A stretch of 64,000 bases of DNA, from NCBI RefSeq assembly GCF_006345805.1, contig NC_043002.1, positions 96,844,001 through 96,908,000 of the forward strand. The letters are read 5' to 3'. The position numbers were made by a program, and so were the translations under genes. The notes beneath the pieces were generated by a model. The model ran no database searches. It had not been told where the DNA came from and worked only from the letters and a program-made list of their open reading frames with translations. This document shows, piece by piece, positions 38,194 to 51,349 of this stretch (the first letter of the stretch is position 1; each line of letters begins with the position of its first letter). This DNA comes from Octopus sinensis (lineage: Eukaryota).

Positions 38194-38342
38194 CGTATCT
38201 ATATGTATACGTATGCATGTATGTATGTGTGAGTACATATATATATATATATATAATGTATATATATGGTCGTCTCAAAGATTTTTAATATCCATTAACC
38301 ATGCAAATCATTATCTATATGTTGTGTTTTTATTGTTTGCAG

Positions 38343-38465
38343 ATTGTACTGGATGTTTCTACGATGGACATTGTTTTTGTTCAAATCAGGTTGGAATGTA
38401 TATGGGACAGCGTTCTTGTCAAATGTTGGAATGCAAAAAGCATCAACTTACAGTTCATGACATAT
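38343..38465 (+). CDS. Coding exon 2: Cys-rich module 1 (CTGCFYDGHCFCSNQVGMYMGQRSCQMLECKKHQLTVHDI)
   Basis: Acceptor tttttattgtttgcAG, donor GTAAGT at 38466, 123 bp, open phase 1-1 frame, 6 Cys. HC-x14-C-x4-C spacing is shared with the next exon. Confidence 0.8.
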
Positions 38466-39039
38466 GTAAGTAAAAACTAAAATGTTTGTCTCCGGGTATT
38501 TCATATATGTTCCATTTTCTCAGAATTTCCTTGTCTATATAATTGCTTAAATGCTGACACGTTATTGTGATTTCGGTAACAGCTACAGCTTTCGCTCAGC
38601 TTGTATCTTCTGCTTGAAATGGTCGTCATTTTTTTGTTACTTTTTTAAAAATAAAAGTGCCAGGCACTTAACGACAGCAGTAAGTGAATAAATCTATCAC
38701 GAATGAGAAAAATAACAAAGAAGAATTTGAGAGGAATGTCAATAAGGACAGAAAACGTTATTCAAATATACATTAGAGTGATTGTTTAGATAGATGGGAA
38801 ATTAATTAGACATTTTAAATCGTCAGAATGTTCAAGGAAAGTAAAGTATATTTATTCGTATGTATGACATTGAATGACGGTAAAATGTGTGGCACTGAGT
38901 GGCGGTAAATTTGAGTTGGATTATAGTTTTATGGCAAATAGTATGCTCCATTAATAGATCGATTAATAAATGTAAAATCACATGTTAATGACATCAGAAA
39001 AAGTATAGAACATGCTATTAAATGTTTTCTCTGATAATT

Positions 39040-40470
39040 ACCTCCCTGTTTTCCGCCAATCAATAGCATATCGATCCACGACAAACTCCACCTCGTGCGA
39101 TATATCAAAGACAGGGTGGGTAAAAAAGCTGGCATGAGTGGAGCCTTGATAAATTTGGAGCAATGAAAAGCCATCCTTCAGTAAGATTGACTACGAATTC
39201 TTGCAGCCATTCTCACGGCGGCTGGTTTCTGTCTTGTTTCCGTGGCTGGATCGCTTCGGTGTACAGCGACATCTGCTCGGTAGTTCGAAAAAATGGTTAA
39301 CTATCGGAGCCATTCAGTATCAGGCGCTGCTCTGAAAGGTCTGGTAGCAGTAGTAAATGTTTTGAATTGCCTCTGTCAATATTAATATTTCACCGGCGTG
39401 CGTTGTCCCAGTTTGCGTCTAATCACACTGGAACACTTATTCTTCCGCTTTCTGTGGACGGGGCGCGTCCCACGCTCAAATGCTCCATTTGGTATGAACA
39501 CTCACAGAGGCCATGCTGTAGCCTCTAGCGCTTCCTTTACGGTAAGCAGGTGTGGTCGTTGTTTCGTAGACCGGATTTTCCACAACATGTCTCTTTGCTT
39601 AGTTCCAGTACACCAAGGCGAGATGTCTGTCGTCAGGTGCTCACAGTCGGGCAAAGCGGTTGGTGAAGGTTCGACTCTAGCATTTTTACAAAGTTAATTG
39701 CAGACTGATGCGAAGACTTTCTCGGAGAGACTCTGGGCGTCGACGAGAATGAACTGGCTGGTTTATTCTGGAGGACTTTCGGACCGGGACCTATGGATGA
39801 TTTCGAGCAATGCTTGGCCTCGCATAGCTATCAGGAAGCATTGTTGGTTTGAGATAAATTCAACAGGCATGGAAGTGCTGTCAGCCGGGCTTCCCCGTGA
39901 TGCATCCAGAGCGACGAAACTATTCTGCACGCTCTTGTCTGCTATCCGAGCATTGCTAACTTTTGGGTTTACGATAATTACACGTTGTCACTCAGTCGAT
40001 AGCCGATCCGGCTATCGGCTGAGTCCATTATGAAGATCGTCCTATAGCCGTCTTTTGGCCGGAAAGGCAGGCAAGGATTGTTTGTTTGGTGACCTTAACA
40101 AAAGGAGTTGTGTGGTGGACCAGATTAAAAGAGGTGAAGAGGAAAATGAGAGTAGAGGGGTAAGTTCTGCTCACCAGTAATTTTATCGATAGGTGGTGTG
40201 TGCCTAGAATGGTCAGCGTGAATAGGCCTACTCTAATCATGCACCTGTGACATGAAGGAGGACAATGTGGAGAGGGTACTTGTCCTCTCCACGTGAAGAG
40301 GGTGACGTAGTTTTGTAATATCTCCATAATTAGTACTAGGAAGTAACCCTCTTATGGAGAATTATTCATTGTGATAGTTTCATATTGTTAGAGTTTTATA
40401 CATTTTGGGACTCCGTATTGTATTGTCCTCTTACGTACCCAATGTTTTTTTGTGAAGTCTAATAAAGAAT
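39040..40470 (+). mobile_element. Degraded L1/Tx1-clade LINE fragment
   Basis: IHDKLHLVRYIKDRVGKKAGMSGALINLEQ...FRGWIASVYSDI (RT) and LEHLFFRFLWTGRVP. AATAAA near 40461. Confidence 0.7.
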
Positions 40471-40492
40471 ATATTATCATTGCTGTTTTTGC

Positions 40493-40549
<57 letters not shown>

Positions 40550-40648
40550 TACTATTACTATTATTACTATTATTATTACTATTATTACTATTATTATTAC
40601 TATTATTATTATTATTATTATTATTACTATTATTACTATTATTATTAC

Positions 40649-40683
<35 letters not shown>

Positions 40684-40710
40684 TATTATTATTATTACTA
40701 TTATTATTAC

Positions 40711-40750
<40 letters not shown>

Positions 40751-40751
<1 letters not shown>

Positions 40752-43589
40752 TGTAGTTTTATTTTTATAGCGTGCTTTCACTTCACTACCGAGCGCAGCT
40801 CTGTGTGCCTTGGGTATGTGCTGTGATTTGTTGTGATGCTCTGATGGTTATTGTATGGAAAGTGTTCTGCGTAGGATGTGTGCAGTGCCTAGTAGTGCAA
40901 TTTTCTGTATGTTATATGTGTTTGTAAGTCCTGGTGTTTTTGTTATGTATTTGTCTGAATATTTTTTTATCATGCCTAATGCACATACTATGATAGGAAT
41001 TGTTTCTGTTTTCAGATTCCACGTTCTGGTTACCTCTATTTCCAGGTCTTTGTATTTTGAGAGTTTCTCCATTTCTTTTAGAGACACGTTGTCATCTGCC
41101 GGTATTAATACATCAATTAGAAAGCATTTTTTTTCTTCATGATCTCTGACAACTATATCTGGCCTGTTGGCCTTAATTTCTCTATCTGTGTGTATTGGCA
41201 TATCCCAGAGTATGGTTGCTCTCTCGTTTTCTGTGACCTTTTCTGGTGTGTGCCTATACCATCTTTTTTCTGTTGTTATTCCATAATGTTGGCATAGCTT
41301 CCAATGTATGCAGGTTCCAACTCTGTCATGTCTGTGAATATATTCCTTCTTAGCCAGGACTGGGCAGCTAGAGATAATATGATTTATTGTTTCTTGTCCA
41401 TCTCCACATATTCTGCAGTTACTTGTTATATTTCTTTTCATTACATGTTTTTGGTAATTTCTGGTGGGGAGGCTTTGGTCTTGTGCTGCAATTAAAAATC
41501 CCTTTGTTTCTACTTTGAGTCCTGAGTTTCTCAACCATAGCTGGGATTTTTCTTTGTCTATTTCGTTTGCGTTTAGTTTAGTCCAGTATTTACCATGAAG
41601 GGGCTTTTCTTGCCACCGTTTTATCATGGTTCGTTGCTGTTCTATTTTCAGTTTGGATTTCATTTGTTTTATAGCTTTTGTTGTTTCTTCTTCTTCTTCT
41701 TCTTCTTCTTCTTCTTCTTCTTCTTCTTCTTCTTCTTCTTCTTCTTCTTCTTCTTCTTCTTCTTCTTCTTCTTCTTCTTCTTCATATTTATTAGCTGGTA
41801 TGATTTCTTGTTTGTATTTGTCAGCTTCTTAAATACTGGGAACAGTTTTTTGTTTTGCTCGTGTTTTGCCGCTATTTGTATCAGTTTTCCTTCCTTCTGA
41901 AGTAGATATTTTTGCTGTCCTATGGTGGTTATTTTATAGTAGTTTTCCAGTTGTATAAGGCCTCTACCACCTTCTATACGTTGTATATATAGTCTTTCTA
42001 TGTCAGATTTTGGCTGATGCATCCTAGATCCTGTCATTAATTTTCTTGTTTTCCTATCTATTTTGGTCAGTTCATTTCGTGTCCTGTTAAGGATATTGTA
42101 GCTGTAACTTATAACTGGGGCAGCTAAAGTGTTAATACCTATTATCTTGTTTTTAGCATTGAGCTCTGTTTTTAGTATTGATCTAACTCGTCTATAATAT
42201 TCTTTTCTTATTTTCTCTTTCATTTGTGTGTGTTGTGTCTTATCTAGTTCATGGATTCCTAAGTATTTGTAAGTTTGGCTTTGGTCTAATTCTTTTATTT
42301 CATTGGTTTTATCTAGTGTGATGTTGCTACTCTTAACTAGTTTTCCTCTTTTCATGGTTACTTTGGCGCATTTTTTCTAATCCAAATTTCATATCTATTT
42401 CTTTGGTAAATCCATGAACTGTCTTTAATAGTGTTTCCAGCTGTTTGTCATTTGCTGCGTATAGTTTTAGGCCATCCATATATAAAAGGTGGCTGATCGT
42501 TTTGCCGTAACATTTATATCCGCATCCAGTTCTATTTAGCATATCAGATAGAGGTGACAGTGTCACGCAGAAAAGGAGTGGAGAGAGCGTGTCTCCCTGG
42601 AATATTCCTCTTCTAATGGGGATGTCTTTGGTTTTCATGAGTCTCTCTTTTGTTTGGAGGTGTAGGACTGTTTGTCATTTATTCATAGAGTGCCCTATGA
42701 ATTTTATGGTTGTTGGTGCTACTTTGTTAATGGCTAGTGTTTCGAGGATTCATGTGTGGGGGATGCTATCAAACGCCTTTTTGTAGTCAATCCAGGCCAT
42801 ACTGAGGCCTTTCTTCTTTCTGTGGCTGTCTTCAGTTATGGCTTTATTAATCATTAGTTGATCTTTACAGCCATATGAGCCTTTGCGGTATCCTTTCTGC
42901 TCTTCTGGGAACAATTTGTTTTCGTCCACGTGCTTGTTCAACCTTTGCGATATCACTGCAGTAAATGCCTTGAACATTGTAGGGAGGCAGGTTATTGGTC
43001 TGTAGTTTTCTGGTTTTGCTGTCTCATTTGATTTGGGAATTAAGATGGTTTTTCCCCTTCGTGATCCGTTCAGGCATTGTCTCTGGCTCTGCTAGTGTGT
43101 TGTTAAAGTTTTCAGCCAGCCTTTTGTGCATTCCTGTTAGATATTTCAACCAGAAGTTGGGGATCTTGTCATGCCCAGGTGCCTTCCAGTTGCTTAGTCT
43201 TTGCAGTGCCTGGGTGACCTCTTCAGTTGTTATGGGGGTCCAAAGTTGTTCAGATGCCGAGTTTGTTATTTTGATACTCCTTCTTTTTTGGTTGTTCGTT
43301 CGCCGACCATATTTCTCTCCAGAATTCTTCCAATTCTTCTGCCGTTGGTGCTGCAGTGATTTCTATTTTATTTTTGCCAAGTTCTTGGTAGAACTTTTTG
43401 GGGTTGGAGTTGAACTTTTTGTTTTGTTCAAAGAAGCGCTGGCGTTTCTCGTACCGGCGGATCCTTTCTGCTTTGGCAAGGATATCTTGCTTCAGCTTTT
43501 CTTTTATCTCAGGTAAATCTTTTTCTGTGATGTATTTGCGGAGTATTTTTGTTTTCTTTTTGTTGCTCAGTAGCGTTGATTGTTTGCTG

Positions 43590-43590
<1 letters not shown>
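40751..43590 (-). mobile_element. R4/Dong-type retrotransposon, longest copy, frameshifted (RT, CCHC knuckle, REL endonuclease)
   Basis: AWIDYKKAFDSIPH; RGIFQGDTLSPLLF; LLYMDG (YMDD mutated); CRICGDGQETINHIISSC; RPDIV...IDVLIP...KEMEKLSKYKDL. (CTT)n at ~41686-41782. Both ends in (ATT)n. Confidence 0.92.
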
Positions 43591-43648
<58 letters not shown>

Positions 43649-43660
43649 CATCATTATTAT

Positions 43661-44121
43661 TGAGTGAGAGAGCGGTGCATGGCATCAAAGTGACACTGGG
43701 GTAAAACATACAAAGCCCAGTATATCCATCATGACTATCCGTCAGATAACAGTACACCCGGCACATGAATCACAACAATATGTGCGTGATATGGTAATCT
43801 CATGTCAAGATAAGCAACGCTTGGCCTTGCAGGTGGGGCTCAGTTAGAATTTTCTTCAGGTGGAGTAGCCCATCCCACTCAAATGTTCCCTGAATAAGGT
43901 TTTTTTAAGGATAATGAACGAAACACCCATGTTTCCAGAGGTGAATTAGTCAAACCCCAAAGAATTCCTCTTAACACATGGCTATGATGCTCTCCCACTA
44001 CTTCTGCTCGTGATCAGAGATGCACATATCGTCAGCCAACATGGGACATGTTCAATTAGTTATGGTCAAACAACTGACATGCAAATAAGTGGTATTGTGT
44101 AGAATATTTGCTGTAGCCCAT
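43661..44121 (-). mobile_element. Family P repeat
   Basis: Reverse complement of 32880-33357; flanked by (ATT)n/(ATC)n. Confidence 0.8.
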
Positions 44122-44183
44122 TATCATTATCATCATCGTCCTCCTCATCATCATCATCATAATTATTATTATTATTATTATTA

Positions 44184-44220
<37 letters not shown>

Positions 44221-44237
44221 ATTGTTGTTGTTGTTGT

Positions 44238-44455
44238 AAAGGCAGTGAGCTGGCAGAATCGTTAGCACACCGGACGAAATGCTTAACGGTATTTCGTCTG
44301 CTGCTACGTTCTGAGTTCAAAACCACCGAGGTCGACTTTGCCTTTCATCCTTTCGGGGTTGATAAATTAAGTACCAGTGAAAAACTTGGGGCGATATAAT
44401 CGACAAGTCACCTTCCCCTAAATTTGAGGATTGTGCCTCCAGTTGAAAGGATTAT
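44238..44455 (+). mobile_element. SINE family A (monomer)
   Basis: aaggcagtgagctggcagaatcgttagc head with the conserved gaggtcgactttgcctttcatcc body. Confidence 0.85.
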
Positions 44456-44689
44456 TGTTTCGTGATATTTCTTTTGTCTTAATATTCTTAGTTCAAATTC
44501 TGCGAATTTGACTTTGGTTTTCCTGTTTTCCGGGTCATTGAAATCAAGTAATCCCCTCCTACAAACTTCCAGGCTTTGTGGCTCGCGCAGAATGAATTAT
44601 TGCTATTATTCCAGCTGCTAACTGGCGGCATCATTAAACCGTCGGTTAAAATGTTTCAGATTTGACATTCATCTTTCAGTGACTAAACA

Positions 44690-44930
44690 CATTTAGAAAT
44701 AGAAACAAATTAACCAGCGCCAGTGTAAGCAAATTAATATGGGAGTTAAAAGACAAAAGTAAAGAATACAACTTAAAGTGGGAAATAATCAATCTTACAA
44801 AATCCTATAAAATTGAGGATAATTGCTGTAATTCATGTATTGACGAAATCTTCCAGATATTAACTTCTAAGCAGATTTCTCAACAATAAACGAGAAAAGT
44901 TCACCCTGCACACATTCAAGTTGATATGTA
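44690..44930 (+). mobile_element. Penelope-like GIY-YIG C-terminal remnant (second lineage)
   Basis: HTFRNRNKLTSASVSKLIWELKDKSKEYNLKWEII...CCNSCIDE, matching the recalled LSKYIW.LKD...I.W.I...C.LC..E pattern. Confidence 0.6.
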
Positions 44931-45756
44931 ATTGAAAAATACAAATAAAATAATAAAAAATTAATATAAAATATAATTTAATAAATTAATTAGGTAATAA
45001 ATATAATTGGATAATATAATGCTATATATTCTTGAATATAGACCTATAATATTAGTCTAATAATAAAATCTTTGCAACACAAATTTTGATGACGTACAAC
45101 GCAAATGCTATATTTACAGTAAATTAAAATAAAATCTACTGCAATCACGTGATGCACCAAAAACAATACCGCAGAAATAATTAAATCAATTAGATAATAT
45201 TAATTAATTCTTAGCACCAACAGTTATAATATGGAAAATGATTTAATTAATTAATATAAATTATAGTATCTTTTCATGATCAAACAAATAGTAATATGAA
45301 TTAACAGAAAAAATTGTATATATGTAAATATAACGATTCCGTTGTTTTCAAACATGTTAACACCCACACGCACACGAAAATTAAAAACAAAAATCATTTA
45401 CACTGAAAACGGTTTATACGAATATCGATATGTTTAGTCTGTTGAGGAACACGTAATCAATTAAGATGTAATTTCCTTCTTGTCAATTTTTCAACTTGAA
45501 GAAATATTTTATAAATCATAATCTGAATGACAGTAGATATGGAAACAATTGTAGGCAAGTTAAATTGACTATGTGTTAATAAATTGATGATTACCTGTTA
45601 AAACTCTCCAGTTTCTTCTTTATCATATACTGTATATATATATATTTATATATATACAATTAAGGGCCCCTAAATTAGGATGCCGAGTGGTGGAAACACA
45701 AAAAGGGGATGAATTTATCGAGAGTGAAAATCAAAAACGTTTACCGATAACTTTAA

Positions 45757-45836
45757 CAACTCGAACCGATCAGTTTCTGCTTCTTTCTAGCAAAACACAA
45801 AATATGTTTGCTAAGGCTGGCTTCATCAGCGAGTCG
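45757..45836 (-). ncRNA. Type-I hammerhead-like motif with a 7-bp stem I
   Basis: Minus strand: cgactcg-CTGATGA-...-GAAAC-tgatcg-GTT-cgagttg. Core intact, stem II base poorly paired. Confidence 0.45.
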
Positions 45837-45994
45837 CCTAAATTGAATCGAGGTCTGCAGCGATGTGGGAGCATGTGTTGATCTCGACTACTAGCAGATC
45901 TTAACTTTTCAAATCTCTGCGCAGACGCAAAACTTACACGGCAGTACAGGGCATGCCGGGAAGAATTTTAAAATTCTTCTTGTTTATATTCGTA

Positions 45995-46079
<85 letters not shown>

Positions 46080-46089
46080 CATATATAAT

Positions 46090-46135
<46 letters not shown>

Positions 46136-46157
46136 TATATGTATGTATGTAAGTATG

Positions 46158-46201
<44 letters not shown>

Positions 46202-46255
46202 AATACAGATACATGCACATACATACATACTTACATACAAATGTTTGTGTGTGTA

Positions 46256-46484
46256 TACTCTTTTACTCTTTTACTCTTTTACTTGTTTCAGTCATTTGAC
46301 TGCGGCCATGCTGGAGCACCGCCTTTAAACGAGCAACTCAACCCGGGACTTATTCTTTTGTAAGCCCAGTACTTATTCTACCGGTCTCTTTTGCCGAACC
46401 GCTAAGTAACGGGGACATAAACACACCAGCATCGGTTGCCAAGCAATGCTATGGGGACAAACACACTCACACAAACACACACAC

Positions 46485-46525
<41 letters not shown>

Positions 46526-46687
46526 TACGACGGGCTTCTTTCAGTTTCCGTCTACCAAATCCACTCACAAGGCTTTGGTCGGCCCGAGGCTATAGTAGAA
46601 GACACTTGCCCAAAGTGTCACGCAGTGGGACTGAACCCGGAACCATGTGGTTGGTAAACAAGCTACTTACCACACAGCCACTCCTGC
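46256..46687 (-). mobile_element. SINE family C, full length
   Basis: Reverse complement of 24430-24884. Confidence 0.9.
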
Positions 46688-46840
46688 CACCAATACATAT
46701 ATATATTGGTGTGGAGAAAACAAGAGAATGAGAGAAAGTGAGATGCACAGGAAAAGGAATTGTGAAATCGTGCGAGGTATGCTTTGATACATATAACAAA
46801 GCATGAAATTAACTCCAACGAATTTCCTACACATTTTCAG

Positions 46841-46972
46841 TTTGCAGAGATCATTCAGAACATTGCATGCAAAATGGTCAACGATGGCCAAGTGTCTACA
46901 AGAATATATGTGTAACACACTATTGTGAAACTAATCGATTACGAACAACACTAAGCACGCGTCATGATTCAA
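46841..46972 (+). CDS. Coding exon 3, cassette B: CRDHSEHCMQNGQRWPSVYKNICVTHYCETNRLRTTLSTRHDS
   Basis: Acceptor acattttcAG, donor GTATGT at 46973, 132 bp, open phase 1-1 frame. Paralogous exon with identical length and splice positions at 58122. Confidence 0.85.
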
Positions 46973-47093
46973 GTATGTATTTATTTTTAATTTGTCTAAA
47001 TTTATAATCACCATCGCCCCACAAACCGAAGCTACAGATGCGCAAACACACATTCACATTGCCTACTATTTCACCCGTTAATTTACAAAAACG

Positions 47094-47162
<69 letters not shown>

Positions 47163-47249
47163 GCACGCACGTTTATGTTGCATCAACGCATTTAGATAGA
47201 GAGAATATCTTTAGCGTCGCATATATTTAGTGCCAAATACATCTAGTTG

Positions 47250-47730
47250 CTGAAGGATAATCCGATACCAGACTTGGATGAAGGTGAGATTTATCAGCAA
47301 TACTGAGCTCCATGTCGCAGATCACGTGCAAAAGAACAGAGTCTGGTTGATGAAGGTGTTACCGTATTCAAAGATTGACCAACTCAGAACCCTGACTTAA
47401 ATATCATCGAGAAAATGTGGACAGAACAAAAGGGAAGAGTTCGTCAGAAAAATCCATGCAGTCTAGAAGAAATGTGGGAGCTCAGGCACAGAGAATGGCG
47501 CCTCACACCTGTGAAGATGGTGAAGGATTTGTACACAACTCTTCCCAGGCGCATCGAAGCCATTATTGAAGCTATGGGAAGTCACACGAAATATTAACAA
47601 TGTAAAGTAACTTCTTGAAATGAACATTAGTTACTAAATTTTCATTAAAGATATTTTTCTGGTTTAAAACACTGCAATTAGTAGAAATTTCCAATAGTAT
47701 AAAGTGGCTGAAGACGTTTTCACGGTACTG
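47250..47730 (+). mobile_element. Tc1 transposase 3' remnant
   Basis: PTQNPDLNIIEKMW...LPRRIEAIIEAMGSHTKY* matches the SPDLNPIENLW...GGHTKY C-terminus of DD34E transposases. Confidence 0.8.
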
Positions 47731-48223
47731 TGATAGATGGGTAAAATGGAATATACGAGAAACTTTATTGTTCACAACAATCGTTTCGACTTATCCTGCA
47801 TTGATCTCTCATGAATGGAAAACTGTACAACCGGTTGTAGTGCATTCCTTGCTTCAGATACGTCTCGTCAGATGATGTTATAAGGTATAACTCATTAAAT
47901 AAACTGTTTCGCTCGATTTTAATGCAGCATGTTGTCAGTGACCGTAGGCTCAAGCCATTCGGCAGGAATGACGTGGAACAGATTTTGTTGCAATTTTACA
48001 GAGGAAGACAGGGAGTAATAAAGACAAATAATAAGAAAAATAAAACACAATAAAGTAAAACATTGTGTGCGTCAGAACCCAGATATAATTATTTCCGTAC
48101 CCAAACTTGCTGTCCTGCGTACACAGACACACACACGTGTGTGTGTGTGTGTTTGTGTCGCCACAACAGTGGTTCGGAAACTTGTCGGGTAGCGTGAATT
48201 ATTTCAACTACATATTGCCGATC

Positions 48224-48538
48224 TGGAGGCACAATGGCCCAGTGGTTAGGTCAGCGGACTCGCGGTCGGCAGATCGCAGTTTCGATTCCCGGATCGGGCG
48301 TTGTGCGTGTTTATTGAGCGAAAACACCTAAAGCTCCACGAGGCTCCGGCAGGGGTGCTGGCGACCCCTGTTGTACTCTTTCGCCCCAACTTTCTCTCAC
48401 TCTTTCTTCCTGTTTCGTGAGTAACGCTGCGATGGAGTGGCATCTCGTCCAGCTGGAGGGAACACATAAGACATAGAAACCGGGAAACCGGGCCCATGAG
48501 CCTGGCTAGGCTGGAAAAGGGCGCTTAAATAAAAAAAA
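48224..48538 (+). mobile_element. SINE family B, full length
   Basis: tRNA-like head, tail ...gggcccatgagcctggctaggct, A-run. Confidence 0.85.
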
Positions 48539-48919
48539 CATATTGCCGATTCGTCTTGATAAGACAACATTTGCATGGTTTGTTTTCCACGTTGATCTCT
48601 CTAAGCTTTTTCATCCTGAATGGTTTTGGCTCGAAACTGGTTGAATTAGCGAGAAATTCGAACATGTATAACTGGTGGAATAACCTTATGTACGCATGTT
48701 CACGAATATATGTATGTAAGTATATACGTGCGTACGTAACGTATGTATGTGTGTATGTAAATATGTATGTATGTATGCATGTATGTATGTATGCATGTAT
48801 GCACACACGCACGCAAATGTAGTATTAAATTAATTTGCCTTTCAAAGGCATATATATATATATACATATACATATATATATGTGTGTGTGTGTGTATGTA
48901 TATATACACATATACATAT

Positions 48920-48977
<58 letters not shown>

Positions 48978-48983
48978 ATACAC

Positions 48984-49022
<39 letters not shown>

Positions 49023-49665
49023 TACACACACATACATACACACACATACACACACATACACACACATGCATGTAGTGTGTGTGAGAGAGAGGAGAGACAG
49101 ATAAAGCGAAACGGCTGGGCGTGAGAAAGAGAGAGAGCACATATATCTTTTTAAAATTTACTCCTGTTAATCTACAAAAGTTTATTAACACATCTACTTA
49201 TTTCCATTTCTATATTCTTACCTATTTCGTTTACATACTTTCACAATTATATGCAAATAAGTATAGGTTTCGAGTGTTTATGGTTTGCTCCTGTGTATGT
49301 AGTATGCAGTTATGCGTGTATCGCACAAAGCTTTAAACGGGATGAAATATAATCACGATGTATCAGTCATATAGAATGGCATAAAACACTATTTTCGCAT
49401 TCCCGTTACTTTACATCTGCAACTACCTGCACACGTTTTCAAGTATATAACATAATGAATTTTTCTGGGTCTTTTCGTTTAAGTGCACGTCCTTCATTAT
49501 GAAACAAAATTCTGAAGGAAATAAAATGTATACATGTGTCTATTTACCATAAAACAGCTCTGCTGTCACGGTACACGAGATCAATTGACTGGCCTAATGA
49601 TATAAGCTCCTCACATTTTAACATATGAAATTTATTCGCAGCATATATACAGCATATTTACATAA

Positions 49666-49968
49666 TGTGGAGGCGCAATGGCCCAGTGGTTAGGGCAACG
49701 GACTTGCAGTCGGAGGATCGCGGTTTCGATTCCCAGACCGGGCGTTGTGTGTGTTTATTGAGCGAAAACACCTAAAGCTCCACGTGGCTCCGGCAGGGGG
49801 TAGCGGCGACCCCTGTTGTACTCTTTCGCCCCAACTTTCTCTCACTCTTTCTTCCTGTTTCTTGATCAACACTGCGATAGACTGGCGTCCCGCCCAGCTG
49901 GGGGGAACACATACGCCATAGAAACCGAAAACCGGGCCCATGAGTCTGGCTAGGCTTGAAATGGGCGA
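49666..49968 (+). mobile_element. SINE family B, full length
   Basis: Direct repeat of 48224-48538. Confidence 0.85.
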
Positions 49969-50119
49969 AATTCTAACTTCTATATTTACAGAACTAAAGC
50001 TCAGGCAATTCCTTTAGTCTGAACATACTGATAAAATTAGGGGGATCCTAACACCCTTAGGCCAATATGTTCGTCTCGCATTAAAACATTCATAAAAACG
50101 GAATTGTTTTATTTTACAG

Positions 50120-50187
50120 TTTGCTCAGTGGATCACCTCATCAGCAAAATGCTGAAGCTTTACCATCCGGAAATGAAATATTGTTAA
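50120..50187 (+). CDS. Terminal coding exon, cassette B: CSVDHLISKMLKLYHPEMKYC*
   Basis: Acceptor gttttattttacAG, phase-1 frame ending TGT TAA. Same frame and stop position in the paralog at 62520. Confidence 0.8.
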
Positions 50188-50307
50188 AAAAATTCGCTGT
50201 TGACTTTTTGAATCTCATTCATCAATAAGACAGATATCAATGTTGTTTTATAACGTAGTATTATTTGTAATTAGAACTATATCTAGACAACAAATATTGT
50301 GCCTCAT

Positions 50308-50313
50308 AATAAA
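50308..50313 (+). promoter_or_regulatory. Candidate polyadenylation signal, cassette B
   Basis: AATAAA ~120 bp after the stop. The sequence is AT-rich, so it could be a chance match. Confidence 0.4.
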
Positions 50314-50897
50314 ATGAGTTACTCATATTTTTTGCGTATTACTTAAATTGTGAGGAACCTGACCGCGATAAAGAAAAAACCTTTCAAGTAACATACATTT
50401 AAAACAAGTCCTTTTGCTTAAAATTACTACCTATACAATTCTAGGAGCTTCTTCATTCAAAATAGAAGTTCCTCATATCATCACAGAGAAGGAAATTCTC
50501 TCCGATATTAAAAGACACTGTAATGAAAAGAACGCATGCGCAGATGAAACAAATACGTATATAGGAAAAGTGAGAGATGCTTGCTCATAAACATACACGT
50601 GAATCGCATAAAAAAAGAATCTTAAACACACACCAACATACACACATGAACGCAAGCATAACTCAACACACAAAAAGTCGAACACACACATACGTGCACA
50701 AAAACCTGAGATTCATAAATACATACACTCTCACACTACACATCGGCACATATACATTTAGACACATAGGGGCATACATGCATAACCATATGGTATTTTG
50801 CGAAAGAACACTATTAGGTTCAGAAAAGAAAGAAATTAAAGAAAACATGCATAGTTTCTGTTTTAGAGTTAGTGAGTCAGGTAGCTACCTATATAAG

Positions 50898-51180
50898 TGA
50901 TTTGATCGATAAGTATCCGGATTTTCGTCTTAGTAACGAAGCTAAAACACGCAGAGTAAATTTGGTTGGCACAAATTGACCTTCCACTCTGCTATGCATG
51001 TGCACTAAGTTTCAACGTTCTAGCTCACTTCTGCTGTTCACAACAGTACTTGGAAGTAACGTGTGCAGGGTGTGATCGCTTCACTGAACATGAGAGAAAG
51101 TTGAGCAGAGAATCTGCAGCAAATTTAACCAAAAGCTTGGCGATACATGCTCAGAGGCCTACGCATAGTTTCCAAAAAGT
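50898..51180 (+). mobile_element. Mariner 5' end remnant
   Basis: Aligns with 53330-53510. EQRICSKFNQKLGDTCSEAY resembles the mariner N-terminal EQR.IKFC.KLG motif. Confidence 0.6.
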
Positions 51181-51349
51181 TTTCCCCATTCTCAACACAA
51201 TCAAGGAGAACTTGTGCAACTGAAACCTGAGTGTCTATTCAGTCAGCTGAAAGGAGTTTTGTCACACACTTGGCAGACATGCACCTCATACCCAAATCTT
51301 CAGTGATAATGGACTGAACTGGACTGTAACTAATCTGCACGGATTTTGG

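Noticed and set aside
41686-41782. Poly-Lys/poly-Ser/poly-Phe tract in the RT region
   Set aside because: It is a (CTT)n expansion inside a dead retrotransposon, not a functional homopolymer.
46667-46918. Conserved minus-strand ORFs CNVLNDLCKLK (also 57840-58238)
   Set aside because: They are the antisense shadow of the duplicated plus-strand exon, which has the conserved splice sites and Cys pattern.
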